A DNA stretch of 64,000 nt, taken from the IMG/VR virus record IMGVR_UViG_2816332336_000005, positions 32,001 through 96,000 of that record; one strand, 5' to 3'. Both the position numbers and the translations under genes were made by a program. Of this stretch, positions 37,797-46,239 are shown in pieces (within the stretch, counting starts at the first letter, position 1; each line of letters opens with the position of its first letter). A model generated the notes under the pieces. That model was not told the DNA's origin. It ran no database searches and was given only the letters and a program-made list of their open reading frames with translations. The stretch comes from a virus (Duplodnaviria > Caudoviricetes).

Positions 37797-37817
37797 ATCC
37801 ACCTCCTTGCCTACATC

Positions 37818-37845
37818 TTTCGACAAGAAGATTTCTAATTCCTTC
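37818..37845 (-). promoter_or_regulatory. Sigma-H-like promoter for the micropeptide array
   Basis: GAAGGAATT-N12-GTCGAAA versus sigma-H consensus AGGA-N17/18-GAAT (one mismatch in the -10). Confidence 0.55.
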
Positions 37846-37854
37846 CAAACGTGC

Positions 37855-37880
37855 AAAAAGCCGCCGGTTTTCCGACGACT
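37855..37880 (-). terminator. Terminator insulating the array from upstream genes
   Basis: Minus strand AGTCGTCGG-AAAA-CCGGCGGCT-TTTT; shares AAAAAGCCGCCGG with the 37225 terminator. Confidence 0.75.
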
Positions 37881-37965
37881 AATTGCGTTTCTTCACGGCT
37901 TGTACCAACGCGGTGATCGAGATGACCAACGCTATCACCGCGATTACCAATGTAATAGTTTCCAC
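37879..37965 (-). CDS. Type I toxin-like hydrophobic peptide METITLVIAVIALVISITALVQAVKKRN
   Basis: SD GGAGG, GTG start, single TM helix with a basic tail. Confidence 0.7.
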   Translation of the reverse strand: METITLVIAVIALVISITALVQAVKKRN

Positions 37966-37981
37966 GGTTCCGACGCCTCCG

Positions 37982-38010
37982 TTGACTATAGAGTATATCG
38001 AGGGTATGAT
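37982..38010 (+). promoter_or_regulatory. Sigma-A promoter with no downstream ORF
   Basis: TTGACT-N17-TATGAT. Confidence 0.75.
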
Positions 38011-38016
38011 TGGAAT

Positions 38017-38104
38017 AAGATGATAGGGAAGGAAGGAAGCCGATAAGCTTCCGACCCTCTGATGCGCGACCTCTTACGCCACGAACGTAAGGGGTCTTTA
38101 CTTT
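38017..38104 (+). ncRNA. Putative ~90-nt antisense/antitoxin sRNA
   Basis: Lies between the sigma-A promoter and hairpin GACCTCTTACG...CGTAAGGGGTC-TTT; internal GGAAGC/GCTTCC stem. Confidence 0.55.
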
Positions 38105-38199
38105 AGGTTTCGGCTGTTTTGCCTGCCATTGCGATAATTAACTACCGCAGTTGCCAAGTTCACCAGCGCAGTCACCAGTAGTACGACCTCTACCATCAT
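38098..38199 (-). CDS. Second hydrophobic peptide MMVEVVLLVTALVNLATAVVNYRNGRQNSRNLK
   Basis: SD AAGGAGG, TM helix with a polar/basic tail. Confidence 0.65.
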   Translation of the reverse strand: MMVEVVLLVTALVNLATAVVNYRNGRQNSRNLK

Positions 38200-38251
38200 C
38201 CGTCCTCCTTCTCATTTATTGGAAGGTATGGAAATCACACCCTCTACAAGA

Positions 38252-38280
38252 AGGATATCATGATACTCCTATAGTATCAA
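38252..38280 (-). promoter_or_regulatory. Sigma-A promoter with an overlapping palindromic operator
   Basis: TTGATA-N17-TATCCT; inverted repeat TGATACT-N5-AGTATCA at 38261-38279. Confidence 0.55.
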
Positions 38281-38342
38281 TAACTTTCTGAAGCTTCTGC
38301 CGTTCTAAAGTTTTTGCTATTATGTTTGTGGAGGTGTTCGCG

Positions 38343-38555
38343 TTGCAAATCCGGGTAAAACTTGACGCTATCTTAAAAGAACGTGGGATCACTCAACGAG
38401 AGTTCTCCCGCATGACAAATATTCGATTCCCTACCATAAACGGCATGTGTAAAAATGAGACTCAGCGTTTGCAACTCGATAACCTTGCGAAGATATGCGA
38501 AGTGCTTGGCGTTGAGATTACGGATGTACTCGAGCTTGTGGATGAACGTCTCTAG
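38343..38555 (+). CDS. Cro/C1-type HTH regulator
   Basis: LKERGITQREFSRMTNIRFPTIN...LAKICEVLGV. Confidence 0.88.
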   Translation: MQIRVKLDAILKERGITQREFSRMTNIRFPTINGMCKNETQRLQLDNLAKICEVLGVEITDVLELVDERL

Positions 38556-38591
38556 CATGCATAGATACGAAACCTCCCAAAACGAACCCCC

Positions 38592-39044
38592 TTACGCAAT
38601 AAAATAGCTCTTGACTTCGCTCGCCTTTATGTCCCTTGCGTACTGTTCTTGTCTCGCCTTATTGCGTATCTTAGCGTTGTTATCTACGAATTGCATTTCG
38701 TAAGGGCTGCGTCTTCTGCGCGAAGGTTTCCGGTAAGAGATTCCGTCCGTCCCTGTATCCTCTACTATTTTAAGCGAGGTCTCACCGCCCATACCGGAAC
38801 CTCGTCGCTTGTGTTTTCCGAGTGTTCGGCGGGCGTATTGTGTCGCGGATAGAATCGGATATTCATGGTGGGTCATTTTATGTTCGTCATCATCCGTGAG
38901 CTCTTCGTAGAGTATCGCGTCTGCTAGGCGTTCAAGCTCGCCGGAGTCTGGCCTATTATCCGTACGTAGGATTACTTCATCTATCCACTCGCAAATAGCT
39001 GCTATTCGGTCGGTTCGTTCCATTTTTACCCATTCCATCATCAT
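38592..39044 (-). CDS. Phage hypothetical protein
   Basis: LERLADAILYEELTD...EYPILSATQ; coupled to the sigma-like gene. Confidence 0.7.
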   Translation of the reverse strand: MMMEWVKMERTDRIAAICEWIDEVILRTDNRPDSGELERLADAILYEELTDDDEHKMTHHEYPILSATQYARRTLGKHKRRGSGMGGETSLKIVEDTGTDGISYRKPSRRRRSPYEMQFVDNNAKIRNKARQEQYARDIKASEVKSYFIA

Positions 39045-39409
39045 GCTGCCTCCTCACCGTAATTCCATATCTCATAGACCTTCGCTATTCGTTCCAATCC
39101 ATTTCTTACGCGTAATCCGGCTTTTTGAGGGCTGATGCCCATAGCCTTTCCCGTCTCAACAGTGTCTAACTCCCGTTCATAAACGTAATACAACGCCTCA
39201 CGCTCCCGATCTGTCAGCCCCGCCCGTTCGATCGCCTCCGCCAGATCAATCAACACGTCACACGCCGCGTAGTCGCCCCGTTCGAACCGGCTGGCCCGTA
39301 AATGGTGGATGTCGCGTAGGATTGCGTGTACGCCGTCGCGGTCATTTAACGCATACCTTACGGAAAGATTGCGGTGTCCCTTTTCGATATCTACGGCACA
39401 TGCGCCCAT
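39041..39409 (-). CDS. Sigma-70 region-4 HTH protein
   Basis: GLTDREREALYYVY...ETGKAMGISPQK. Confidence 0.75.
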   Translation of the reverse strand: MGACAVDIEKGHRNLSVRYALNDRDGVHAILRDIHHLRASRFERGDYAACDVLIDLAEAIERAGLTDREREALYYVYERELDTVETGKAMGISPQKAGLRVRNGLERIAKVYEIWNYGEEAA

Positions 39410-40626
39410 TAAGCCGCCTCCTTTATCGTATTCCCCTCGTAATACCCCGCTACAATCCGATCCGCCCATCCGAAGTCCCACGTACTATTACCGTCAATCT
39501 CCTCGCCCGCGCCGAGTGTCAGTTCGTTCCACCGGTAAGGTCCGTCGGCATACGTTCGGGCCCCGTCTCTGTATCCATCACAGTAACCGTTACCGTGCGA
39601 GAAGAAAAACGCCTCGTTACCCTTGCCGCTCCCGTGCCAACTCGGAATATGCGGGTACAAGTTCTCGCGCATCAGACCATCATCCGTAAAGTCCACGAGC
39701 AGATCGTCCAGTTGTGCCGCCTCAGTTCGTTGCCCTTTCGCATCCAACCCAATGTCCGTCACCACCGCGAAATAGGACGGAGGCTGTCCGGCTAGGAACC
39801 GCGCATCGTGTTGCGTAATAGCGACGTCTCCCCCACGCTTAAAGCTCGATCTCCATCGTTTAGTCGCGGGTTCAATTAACGGAGTATCAGGTGGCCCCTT
39901 CCGTAATATCAATATCTGTGTTTCTATTGTCGTCCCTACGTGTTGGAACGTCTCGCCCGGCAGGTGGATCGTGGCAATATGCCAGCAAGTTTCGTGCATG
40001 TATTTACGGATTTTTGCGGAATACTGTGCGTACGAAATACCCATTGGTAGGACGAATGCAATATAACCGCCGGGCTTTACGGCTTTGATAGCGAGTTCGA
40101 GAAATACGTTCTCGGACTTACCGCGGTATTTGCCCTTCGACTTGGATAGCGTCGTAAAATCGTCACGTTCCGTCTCCAACGTCAGCCCATACGGTGGGTT
40201 ACCAATGACTATATCGTAGTAGTCGCGTCTCTCATGTAGCAACGCGTCCGCATTGATCACGTTCACATGCGGGTAAATGAGCTTCGTCACCTTCGCACTC
40301 GTTTCGTCGAGCTCGAGCGCTGTAATTTCGCAATCCGGCGGAATGTGTTCGAGAAATACACCGGAGCCGGCTGACGGTTCGAGGACACGCATACTGCTCG
40401 TTAGTCCACCAGACAATCCCGCAATCGCCTCGACCACGAACCGCGCTACGTGCGTCGGCGTAAAGAAAGCACCACCGGAGAATGCGTTCGGTAAGAGACC
40501 GCCTGCCGACGTGTAGTTTTCGCGTAGGAACTGGACGTCTTCCTCCGTTATCTCTTCGGGTGGCTTCGCTACTATCGCCATTGAGCGTACGTTACCTTCC
40601 CAACGTTTGCGGTCGGCTTTTCCCAA
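39409..40626 (-). CDS. N6-adenine DNA methyltransferase (orphan)
   Basis: FFTP, VLEPSAGSGVF (motif I), IGNPPY (motif IV). Confidence 0.9.
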   Translation of the reverse strand: MGKADRKRWEGNVRSMAIVAKPPEEITEEDVQFLRENYTSAGGLLPNAFSGGAFFTPTHVARFVVEAIAGLSGGLTSSMRVLEPSAGSGVFLEHIPPDCEITALELDETSAKVTKLIYPHVNVINADALLHERRDYYDIVIGNPPYGLTLETERDDFTTLSKSKGKYRGKSENVFLELAIKAVKPGGYIAFVLPMGISYAQYSAKIRKYMHETCWHIATIHLPGETFQHVGTTIETQILILRKGPPDTPLIEPATKRWRSSFKRGGDVAITQHDARFLAGQPPSYFAVVTDIGLDAKGQRTEAAQLDDLLVDFTDDGLMRENLYPHIPSWHGSGKGNEAFFFSHGNGYCDGYRDGARTYADGPYRWNELTLGAGEEIDGNSTWDFGWADRIVAGYYEGNTIKEAA

Positions 40627-40748
40627 TTACACCGCCTCCTTCATTTCGCGTGTGAGATATGGTAATAAACGTCTGCCTATCGCGCTTATTAACGGTATTA
40701 TCTTCCAATCCGCCGTCGAATGACGTATACTATCGTTAAATAACGTTA

Positions 40749-41156
40749 ATGATCGGAGTGATTACTATGTCTTTCGTTGCTCACAATTTTGCGGAGTCCC
40801 TCGAAGCTTACATTTCGGTAGACAAATTTAACCGTCTGTACCTATCGTCCGCACTCCGCAGTAAGCTCGGTATTGTGCCCGGCACGCCGTTCAAATGCCA
40901 CGTGGGCTATGACCCGAAGACCGGCAATATCGGAATTGCACGTCCGGGCGAAGTCTCCGTTGATGACTCGGTACAGCCGGCTACATTCGACGGCAAACGT
41001 TACTACGCGGCCGTAGCTTCCTTTGTCCGTAAACATAACGTTCCTGTCGGCAAGTACCTGTATATCGAACGCTCCAACAACTGGTACGCGTTCCGTCACA
41101 AGGAGCAGGAAGAGCCCGCACCGTCTTCACCCAGACGTGGCCGTAAGAAATCGTAA
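40749..41156 (+). CDS. Hypothetical protein, AbrB-like N-terminus
   Basis: ISVDKFNRLYLSSALRSKLGI; opposite strand, basic tail. Confidence 0.6.
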   Translation: MIGVITMSFVAHNFAESLEAYISVDKFNRLYLSSALRSKLGIVPGTPFKCHVGYDPKTGNIGIARPGEVSVDDSVQPATFDGKRYYAAVASFVRKHNVPVGKYLYIERSNNWYAFRHKEQEEPAPSSPRRGRKKS

Positions 41157-41356
41157 GTAATCTCCGTTGAGGCGGCGTGACGGCCATCCGTGTAGCCAGC
41201 ACGGTAGCCGTCCGCATATGCCTCGAGAACATACGCAGGCCAGTCGGGTACGAACGGGTCTATTTGACGATCAACTTCACGATCTCGAATATCCAGATCA
41301 TCATTGCAGACACAAGAAGTAAGAATTCGATCGGGTTCTCGTTTGCGAACTTCCAC
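41096..41356 (-). CDS. Phage hypothetical protein
   Basis: Follows the PAPS-reductase-like gene with SD GGAGG; AYADGYRAGY motif. Confidence 0.5.
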   Translation of the reverse strand: MEVRKREPDRILTSCVCNDDLDIRDREVDRQIDPFVPDWPAYVLEAYADGYRAGYTDGRHAASTEITYDFLRPRLGEDGAGSSCSL

Positions 41357-41357
41357 A

Positions 41358-42143
41358 TCAAACCGCCTCCTCGTCGTAATTCAAAAAGCAACCGCAACCA
41401 CCGATATCAGTCATATCTATTTCACGCTTCTTTTCGATATCTTCTCGTAATTCTCGGAGACTATACGGAGTCTTTATACCATTTCGTTGTTTTCTTAATA
41501 TAGTGACATCCTTGCCTAGATGCTGGCGAATTGCCTCCTCGTTAGATTCACACTCAGCAAACCGGTCTGGCATCTTCATCAACAGGTTAGCGAAGTGTCC
41601 TTGTCCAGCGCGACAGCAGAACCCACCACAATTATTATGAGTGAATCCCATTTCATACAGACGTGGACGCTTAATACCCAATGCTTCTAAGCTTTGTAAC
41701 ATTTGTTCTTTATCCAAGAAAGGCTCTTCTGTCATAGGGAATTTTATTGTGTAAGGCTTCCAATTTTCAATCGGCGCTATAGTCCGGTGCATTTCGGTCC
41801 AGTCTATACCAAGATAGATAGTACATTCATCAGGCGAAAAATTTTCCTCAACCCATTTTCGCGACATTTCTTGTTTGAGAACATGTGAGCAAGGAGCTCG
41901 ACGGGAGTTACCGAGAAATCTTCGGTCGTGGTAAACTTCCCACGGTGTTCGCCCGTCTGCAATGCGCACAAATTCTACGCCCATTTCTCTAGTCGTCTCA
42001 TCAAGGAACCGGTAAAGGTCCTCGTCCTCAATTAGAGTATCTGTAAAAAGTAAGATGATATCAGAGGCTCCGTACTCCTGGATCACACGTTTAGCAGTCG
42101 CCCAACTCCCGATTCCGCCCGAATACATTACGATATGCTTCAA
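41358..42143 (-). CDS. PAPS-reductase/PP-loop family protein
   Basis: MYSGGIGSW, FTDTLIED, CSHVLK, HNNCGGFC, GCGC. Confidence 0.8.
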   Translation of the reverse strand: MKHIVMYSGGIGSWATAKRVIQEYGASDIILLFTDTLIEDEDLYRFLDETTREMGVEFVRIADGRTPWEVYHDRRFLGNSRRAPCSHVLKQEMSRKWVEENFSPDECTIYLGIDWTEMHRTIAPIENWKPYTIKFPMTEEPFLDKEQMLQSLEALGIKRPRLYEMGFTHNNCGGFCCRAGQGHFANLLMKMPDRFAECESNEEAIRQHLGKDVTILRKQRNGIKTPYSLRELREDIEKKREIDMTDIGGCGCFLNYDEEAV

Positions 42144-42144
42144 T

Positions 42145-42696
42145 TTACACCGCCTCCTTACGCTTAACATCCCGCATCACCCAATCAATCTGCTCCCATA
42201 GGTCAAGGACTGATCCGTCATTGTACAAATCGTAGTCGACCTCGAACCAGTCGATATACTGTTCGGTCTCGTGGTGGAGATCAGCTTCCGTAAAGGTATC
42301 GCCAGCGTCCTCCATTCGTTTTAGTCGCGTCCCATCTTCGGCGTTAATTCGAATAATAATGAATCCTTCTTCGCGGAGCCGATCGTACTCATTCAATTGA
42401 CGAAGGTCTGTGACCACTACGTCAAAGCCTTGTGCTCTATATACTTCACGCATGGTTCGTTTAATCCATACGTCGGGATCAATCGACCTCATCGCCTGCC
42501 CCACGCCTTGTAATAGCGCACGGGGCTTTTTGCCATTTGCGACTTGTTCGGGGAATAGCTCGTGACATATATGCTTGATGCCGTCACCGAATGCGTACGG
42601 TACGAAGTCGTAATGTTCGACTAGGTAGGCCGCAACCGTATCCTTGCCCGACCGCATTTTTCCGGTAAGCGCGATTTTTACGTTAGGCAACGGCAA
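42145..42696 (-). CDS. Deoxynucleotide monophosphate kinase-like
   Basis: LTGKMRSGKDT P-loop, RALLQ.VG, TDLRQLNE, HHETE. Confidence 0.85.
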   Translation of the reverse strand: MPLPNVKIALTGKMRSGKDTVAAYLVEHYDFVPYAFGDGIKHICHELFPEQVANGKKPRALLQGVGQAMRSIDPDVWIKRTMREVYRAQGFDVVVTDLRQLNEYDRLREEGFIIIRINAEDGTRLKRMEDAGDTFTEADLHHETEQYIDWFEVDYDLYNDGSVLDLWEQIDWVMRDVKRKEAV

Positions 42697-43906
42697 TCAC
42701 CTCCGTTCCTTGGTCGCGGGAGTCGTCGATAATCTCTACGTCAGTAACGCTGACGTGCTGGTAATACCCGTCCTTACTACGGTCTGCATCTGCTGTTCGC
42801 TTACCATAAACCTTAAGTTCCCCTACAGGATTACTTATGCCTTTCACATGACCGATATCTCCGACATCATAGTAGTGGCGAAAGAATTGTTTACCTACGA
42901 TTACTACAACGTCTCCTACGCGTGCCTCCGTAGGCTGTGGTGCGTTCAAGTAATCCGAAGGCACATCGAGTCCCAACGCACGACGTAGCGCAATAGCCTT
43001 GCCGATATGGGCGTTGAAGCAGTCGTCAGGCGAACACTTGGCGATTCCACGCCCATATATCCTTTCCGGGGTTACTCCACCGCGAAGTAAGCAGACTACG
43101 GTTCTCTTTTCCCTGTTGACGATAAAATCTGCGGTCAATCCGAGTCCATTCCTGATGTAGATATCACCGCGTCCACGTAGATGCGGATTCCTTACCTTGG
43201 ACGTATCAGACCTTAGCTCCACCACGTCTGCCTTTGCACGTTCTACGACCTCATCACGAGACTTATTCGTCAGAACTTCCGTCATCTTAGCCCGGGTCTC
43301 CTCGTTGTTAGGCGCACCCACGAATTTCGCCAGCTCCGCCTGTACACTGTCCACGATCGCTTTAAGGATTTCGGAAGGAGACGATGAGGCTACGTTGACG
43401 GTTAGGTTTACGGTGATGTTATTCGTGGTCGGTTCGTTTATAGGCGTTATAACTACGTATTCGCGATGGTAAATAAGCAAGTCATGTTCCTTTACGCGCA
43501 CGCCGCCATACGACCTCCGTACTATCTCGACGGTCAGGACACTGCCGTTATCATACTGACTCCCAGTAATTTCTGCCGCGACGATTAGAATTCGTTCGCC
43601 GACCTTAGCCTCTCGCCTCTCTTCGCGGTAACGTACGCCATCAACGTGGATAATGTCGGTGGGTTCGAGGACTAAATACTCGTCGTGAGTCATATTAAGT
43701 GTAGAGCCGTCATCCCACTTTCCGTCGACGTCTATAAAGCTAGACCCGTCTAACTCCGTAACTGTATAAACCTCGCCCTTTCTAAATTCGCCTAGCATCT
43801 CTTCCGCGATGATCTTTACTCGTTCACCAACGTTCGCCTTACGTTCAACCTCGCGATATTCACGCTTTACTCCGTTATCATCCGTCAAAATAGTTACGTT
43901 CGTCAT
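42683..43906 (-). CDS. Phage protein with repeated beta modules
   Basis: YREVERKANVGE/YREERREAKVGE repeats; GIAKCSPDDCFNAHIGKAIALRRA. Confidence 0.75.
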   Translation of the reverse strand: MTNVTILTDDNGVKREYREVERKANVGERVKIIAEEMLGEFRKGEVYTVTELDGSSFIDVDGKWDDGSTLNMTHDEYLVLEPTDIIHVDGVRYREERREAKVGERILIVAAEITGSQYDNGSVLTVEIVRRSYGGVRVKEHDLLIYHREYVVITPINEPTTNNITVNLTVNVASSSPSEILKAIVDSVQAELAKFVGAPNNEETRAKMTEVLTNKSRDEVVERAKADVVELRSDTSKVRNPHLRGRGDIYIRNGLGLTADFIVNREKRTVVCLLRGGVTPERIYGRGIAKCSPDDCFNAHIGKAIALRRALGLDVPSDYLNAPQPTEARVGDVVVIVGKQFFRHYYDVGDIGHVKGISNPVGELKVYGKRTADADRSKDGYYQHVSVTDVEIIDDSRDQGTEVIAVA

Positions 43907-43933
43907 ATACCGATCACCCTCCGAAATTTTTAT

Positions 43934-44734
43934 TTAGGCTACGTCAAAGTACGGCGCTGTCCACGGCTCTGCTTTCGTAACCTCTCTACGTAATTGCTCG
44001 GCTAGTTCCGCAATCTCCCATTGAGCACCGCGCCCCTCTCGTCGTTTGCTGTAGAAGTCGAGCAAGGCCCGGAGATTCGCGGTCATAACTAGATTAGTTG
44101 CGGCCGCGTTCGGGAGGATCATACGGGCATCTTCCGGCGGTACTCCTGCGCGACGTAGACGGTCGTATGTCGATTGGATGTCACGCATAGCCTCTTCGAA
44201 CTCTTCGGTTGCGGTCACGTTACGGCAGATAGGCTCGCCAGTCGCCTCGTCAAACCCGGTTATCCGCCTAGTATCTGTTACCTTTCCGTTAAGAGAGGGC
44301 GGCACCACGTAATCAAATCCGCCAGTCTTATCGGAACTGCCCATCCGCACATACCGTTGCGATTGGACGGAGTAGCTAAAGCCGACCCGATGCCGTGTCA
44401 ATTGCGCTAGGAGTACGCGGGATACGCCCTCGATCGCGAATGTAAACGTTAAATGTTCCATAGTAGACGTATGGCCCGATCGTGTGATGTGGCGGAACAG
44501 GCGGTCGGCTTCCGTACCGCCTTCGCCGTCGGACGCGGTCTGGCCGAAATACTTGCCGCCTTCGAGAACAACGATTTCGGACGGCTTGTTGGCGGAATAA
44601 CACGTTCTGATTGCGGTGAGGGCTACGGCTTGGCCGTCCGTAGGAACTCCGCCTTCCAACTCAACCTCCCACCAAAAATCGTCTGCGAGCGCGGTGTGAG
44701 CGATTAACTTCACGGACATTTGCGTTTCTGCCAT
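43934..44734 (-). CDS. thyX: FAD-dependent thymidylate synthase
   Basis: QLTRHRVGFSYSVQSQRY (RHR-X-S motif), ARMILP, AQWEI. Confidence 0.95.
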   Translation of the reverse strand: MAETQMSVKLIAHTALADDFWWEVELEGGVPTDGQAVALTAIRTCYSANKPSEIVVLEGGKYFGQTASDGEGGTEADRLFRHITRSGHTSTMEHLTFTFAIEGVSRVLLAQLTRHRVGFSYSVQSQRYVRMGSSDKTGGFDYVVPPSLNGKVTDTRRITGFDEATGEPICRNVTATEEFEEAMRDIQSTYDRLRRAGVPPEDARMILPNAAATNLVMTANLRALLDFYSKRREGRGAQWEIAELAEQLRREVTKAEPWTAPYFDVA

Positions 44735-44925
44735 TAGCGTGCCTCCCTTAGTATCGCGAGTATAATCTCGGGGGAGATTTCGACTACTGCTCGGTTCTTC
44801 GCGTAAGACCCCCTAGTTAGAGAACGATCGGCCCATTTTCGGCTTGTATAAACTTTGTCCGATACAAGGCGCCCAGTGTCCGCATCAACTACGACAAAAG
44901 CACTTAAACTGGCAAGGTACCCCAT
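44734..44925 (-). CDS. Phage hypothetical protein
   Basis: 63 aa, coupled between dut and thyX. Confidence 0.6.
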   Translation of the reverse strand: MGYLASLSAFVVVDADTGRLVSDKVYTSRKWADRSLTRGSYAKNRAVVEISPEIILAILREAR

Positions 44926-45515
44926 TACACCGACACCCCCGTACTCCCAAAACCACCGGCTCCGCGTTCTGTCTCGCTTAATTCGTCCGCAACGATAAAC
45001 TGCGCCTGCATTACCGGCAATATCAATCCTTGGGCAACACGATCACCTTTACGTATTAGGTACGTTTCTTCTGGATAGTAGCGCCACAATTCGCCTCGGA
45101 CTAGCTCGCCGGATATCGTCCGTAGACACCCAGTGATCGGATATTCGATTCGATAGTCGGTTTCAATCGTTTTGCCCTTTTCGTAGTCGTAATCGGAGTC
45201 ATAGGCAATAAAAGGCTCTTTTTCCGCAATATTATCGAACATCATCGCGACTTCGCCCCGGTAATCACTGTCGATAATACCGATACCGTTCGATTGCCGA
45301 AGCTCCGTGTTAAGAGCGATGCCCGACCGCATGCACACTAACACCACGAATCCCTCCGGTATTTCAAACGCGAGTCCTAACGGAACCTTTTTCGTCTCAC
45401 CGGGCGAGATAGCTACGTCCTCAATCGCGACAAGATCGAAGCCGGCCGAGCCAGTCGTTGCGTACTGCGGAATTACTGCGTCCGGGTGCAGACGTTTGAT
45501 TTTTACGGGGATCAT
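44925..45515 (-). CDS. dut: Trimeric dUTPase with an insertion
   Basis: AGFDL, RSG, GIIDSDYRGE, GDRVAQ, RGAGGFGSTG. Confidence 0.93.
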   Translation of the reverse strand: MIPVKIKRLHPDAVIPQYATTGSAGFDLVAIEDVAISPGETKKVPLGLAFEIPEGFVVLVCMRSGIALNTELRQSNGIGIIDSDYRGEVAMMFDNIAEKEPFIAYDSDYDYEKGKTIETDYRIEYPITGCLRTISGELVRGELWRYYPEETYLIRKGDRVAQGLILPVMQAQFIVADELSETERGAGGFGSTGVSV

Positions 45516-45620
45516 TCGGTGCCCTCCTCTAATTGAGCAATTTTTTAGAATATACAAATTTATCAATAATTGATAACATAAATATCGGCAAAAAATTTTA
45601 CATAAAAGGAGTCGTTTCTG

Positions 45621-45896
45621 TTGAAAAACAAATTCTCAAAAATTCTTTCCGTCGTGGCACTTTCGACCCTTGTCTTTTCTCCAAGCGTTCTTGCCGCAGA
45701 CAAAGTATGGAAAACAGTAACATATGAAAAAGTATTACGTCATTGGTCGGGCAAGTTTGATCCTGAGATTAATTACGACAACGGGAAAGGGTACTCAGGT
45801 AAACTTAAGCTTGTAAGCACATCTTGCGATGTCAGAGACGCTGAAATCGAAGAATGTGATATCACCTATGAGGGATGGCTTTACTACCAATATTAA
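45621..45896 (+). CDS. Small secreted protein (moron)
   Basis: Sec signal MKNKFSKILSVVALSTLVFSPSVLA; own SD and terminator at ~45914-45950. Confidence 0.75.
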   Translation: MKNKFSKILSVVALSTLVFSPSVLAADKVWKTVTYEKVLRHWSGKFDPEINYDNGKGYSGKLKLVSTSCDVRDAEIEECDITYEGWLYYQY

Positions 45897-45999
45897 TAAG
45901 CTATAAAGCGCGAACCTCAGCTTATCATTAAAGGGATAGCTGAGGTCTTTTAATTTTACTTAGCTACGTCCCAAGATTTTATCTGAAATTCAGTCATCA

Positions 46000-46239
46000 T
46001 TACTTCGCCTCCTTAATAGATTCGTAGACTTCGAGAAGCTTTCGTTCAGCAAAATGCAAGCCAGCTCTATATGCTTTCGTTTCCAAGTCGTCTGGTTCTT
46101 GCAGAATCACTCGATGGTGCTCCTCGTGTAGCTTATAAAGCGTATGAAAAACGATATCGACTAACTGTTCACTAACCGCAGGCTTGCATTGTAACATTTC
46201 GATTAACTCGCGTTGTTCATTCGTTGGGCCGTAGCTCAT
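46000..46239 (-). CDS. Phage hypothetical protein
   Basis: 79 aa, coupled. Confidence 0.6.
   Translation of the reverse strand: MSYGPTNEQRELIEMLQCKPAVSEQLVDIVFHTLYKLHEEHHRVILQEPDDLETKAYRAGLHFAERKLLEVYESIKEAK

Noticed and set aside
37711-38046. 111-aa plus-strand ORF
   Set aside because: Crosses a terminator, promoters and SD-supported minus-strand peptides, and has no credible SD
39409-40626. Restriction-modification system
   Set aside because: No cognate endonuclease or specificity subunit adjacent
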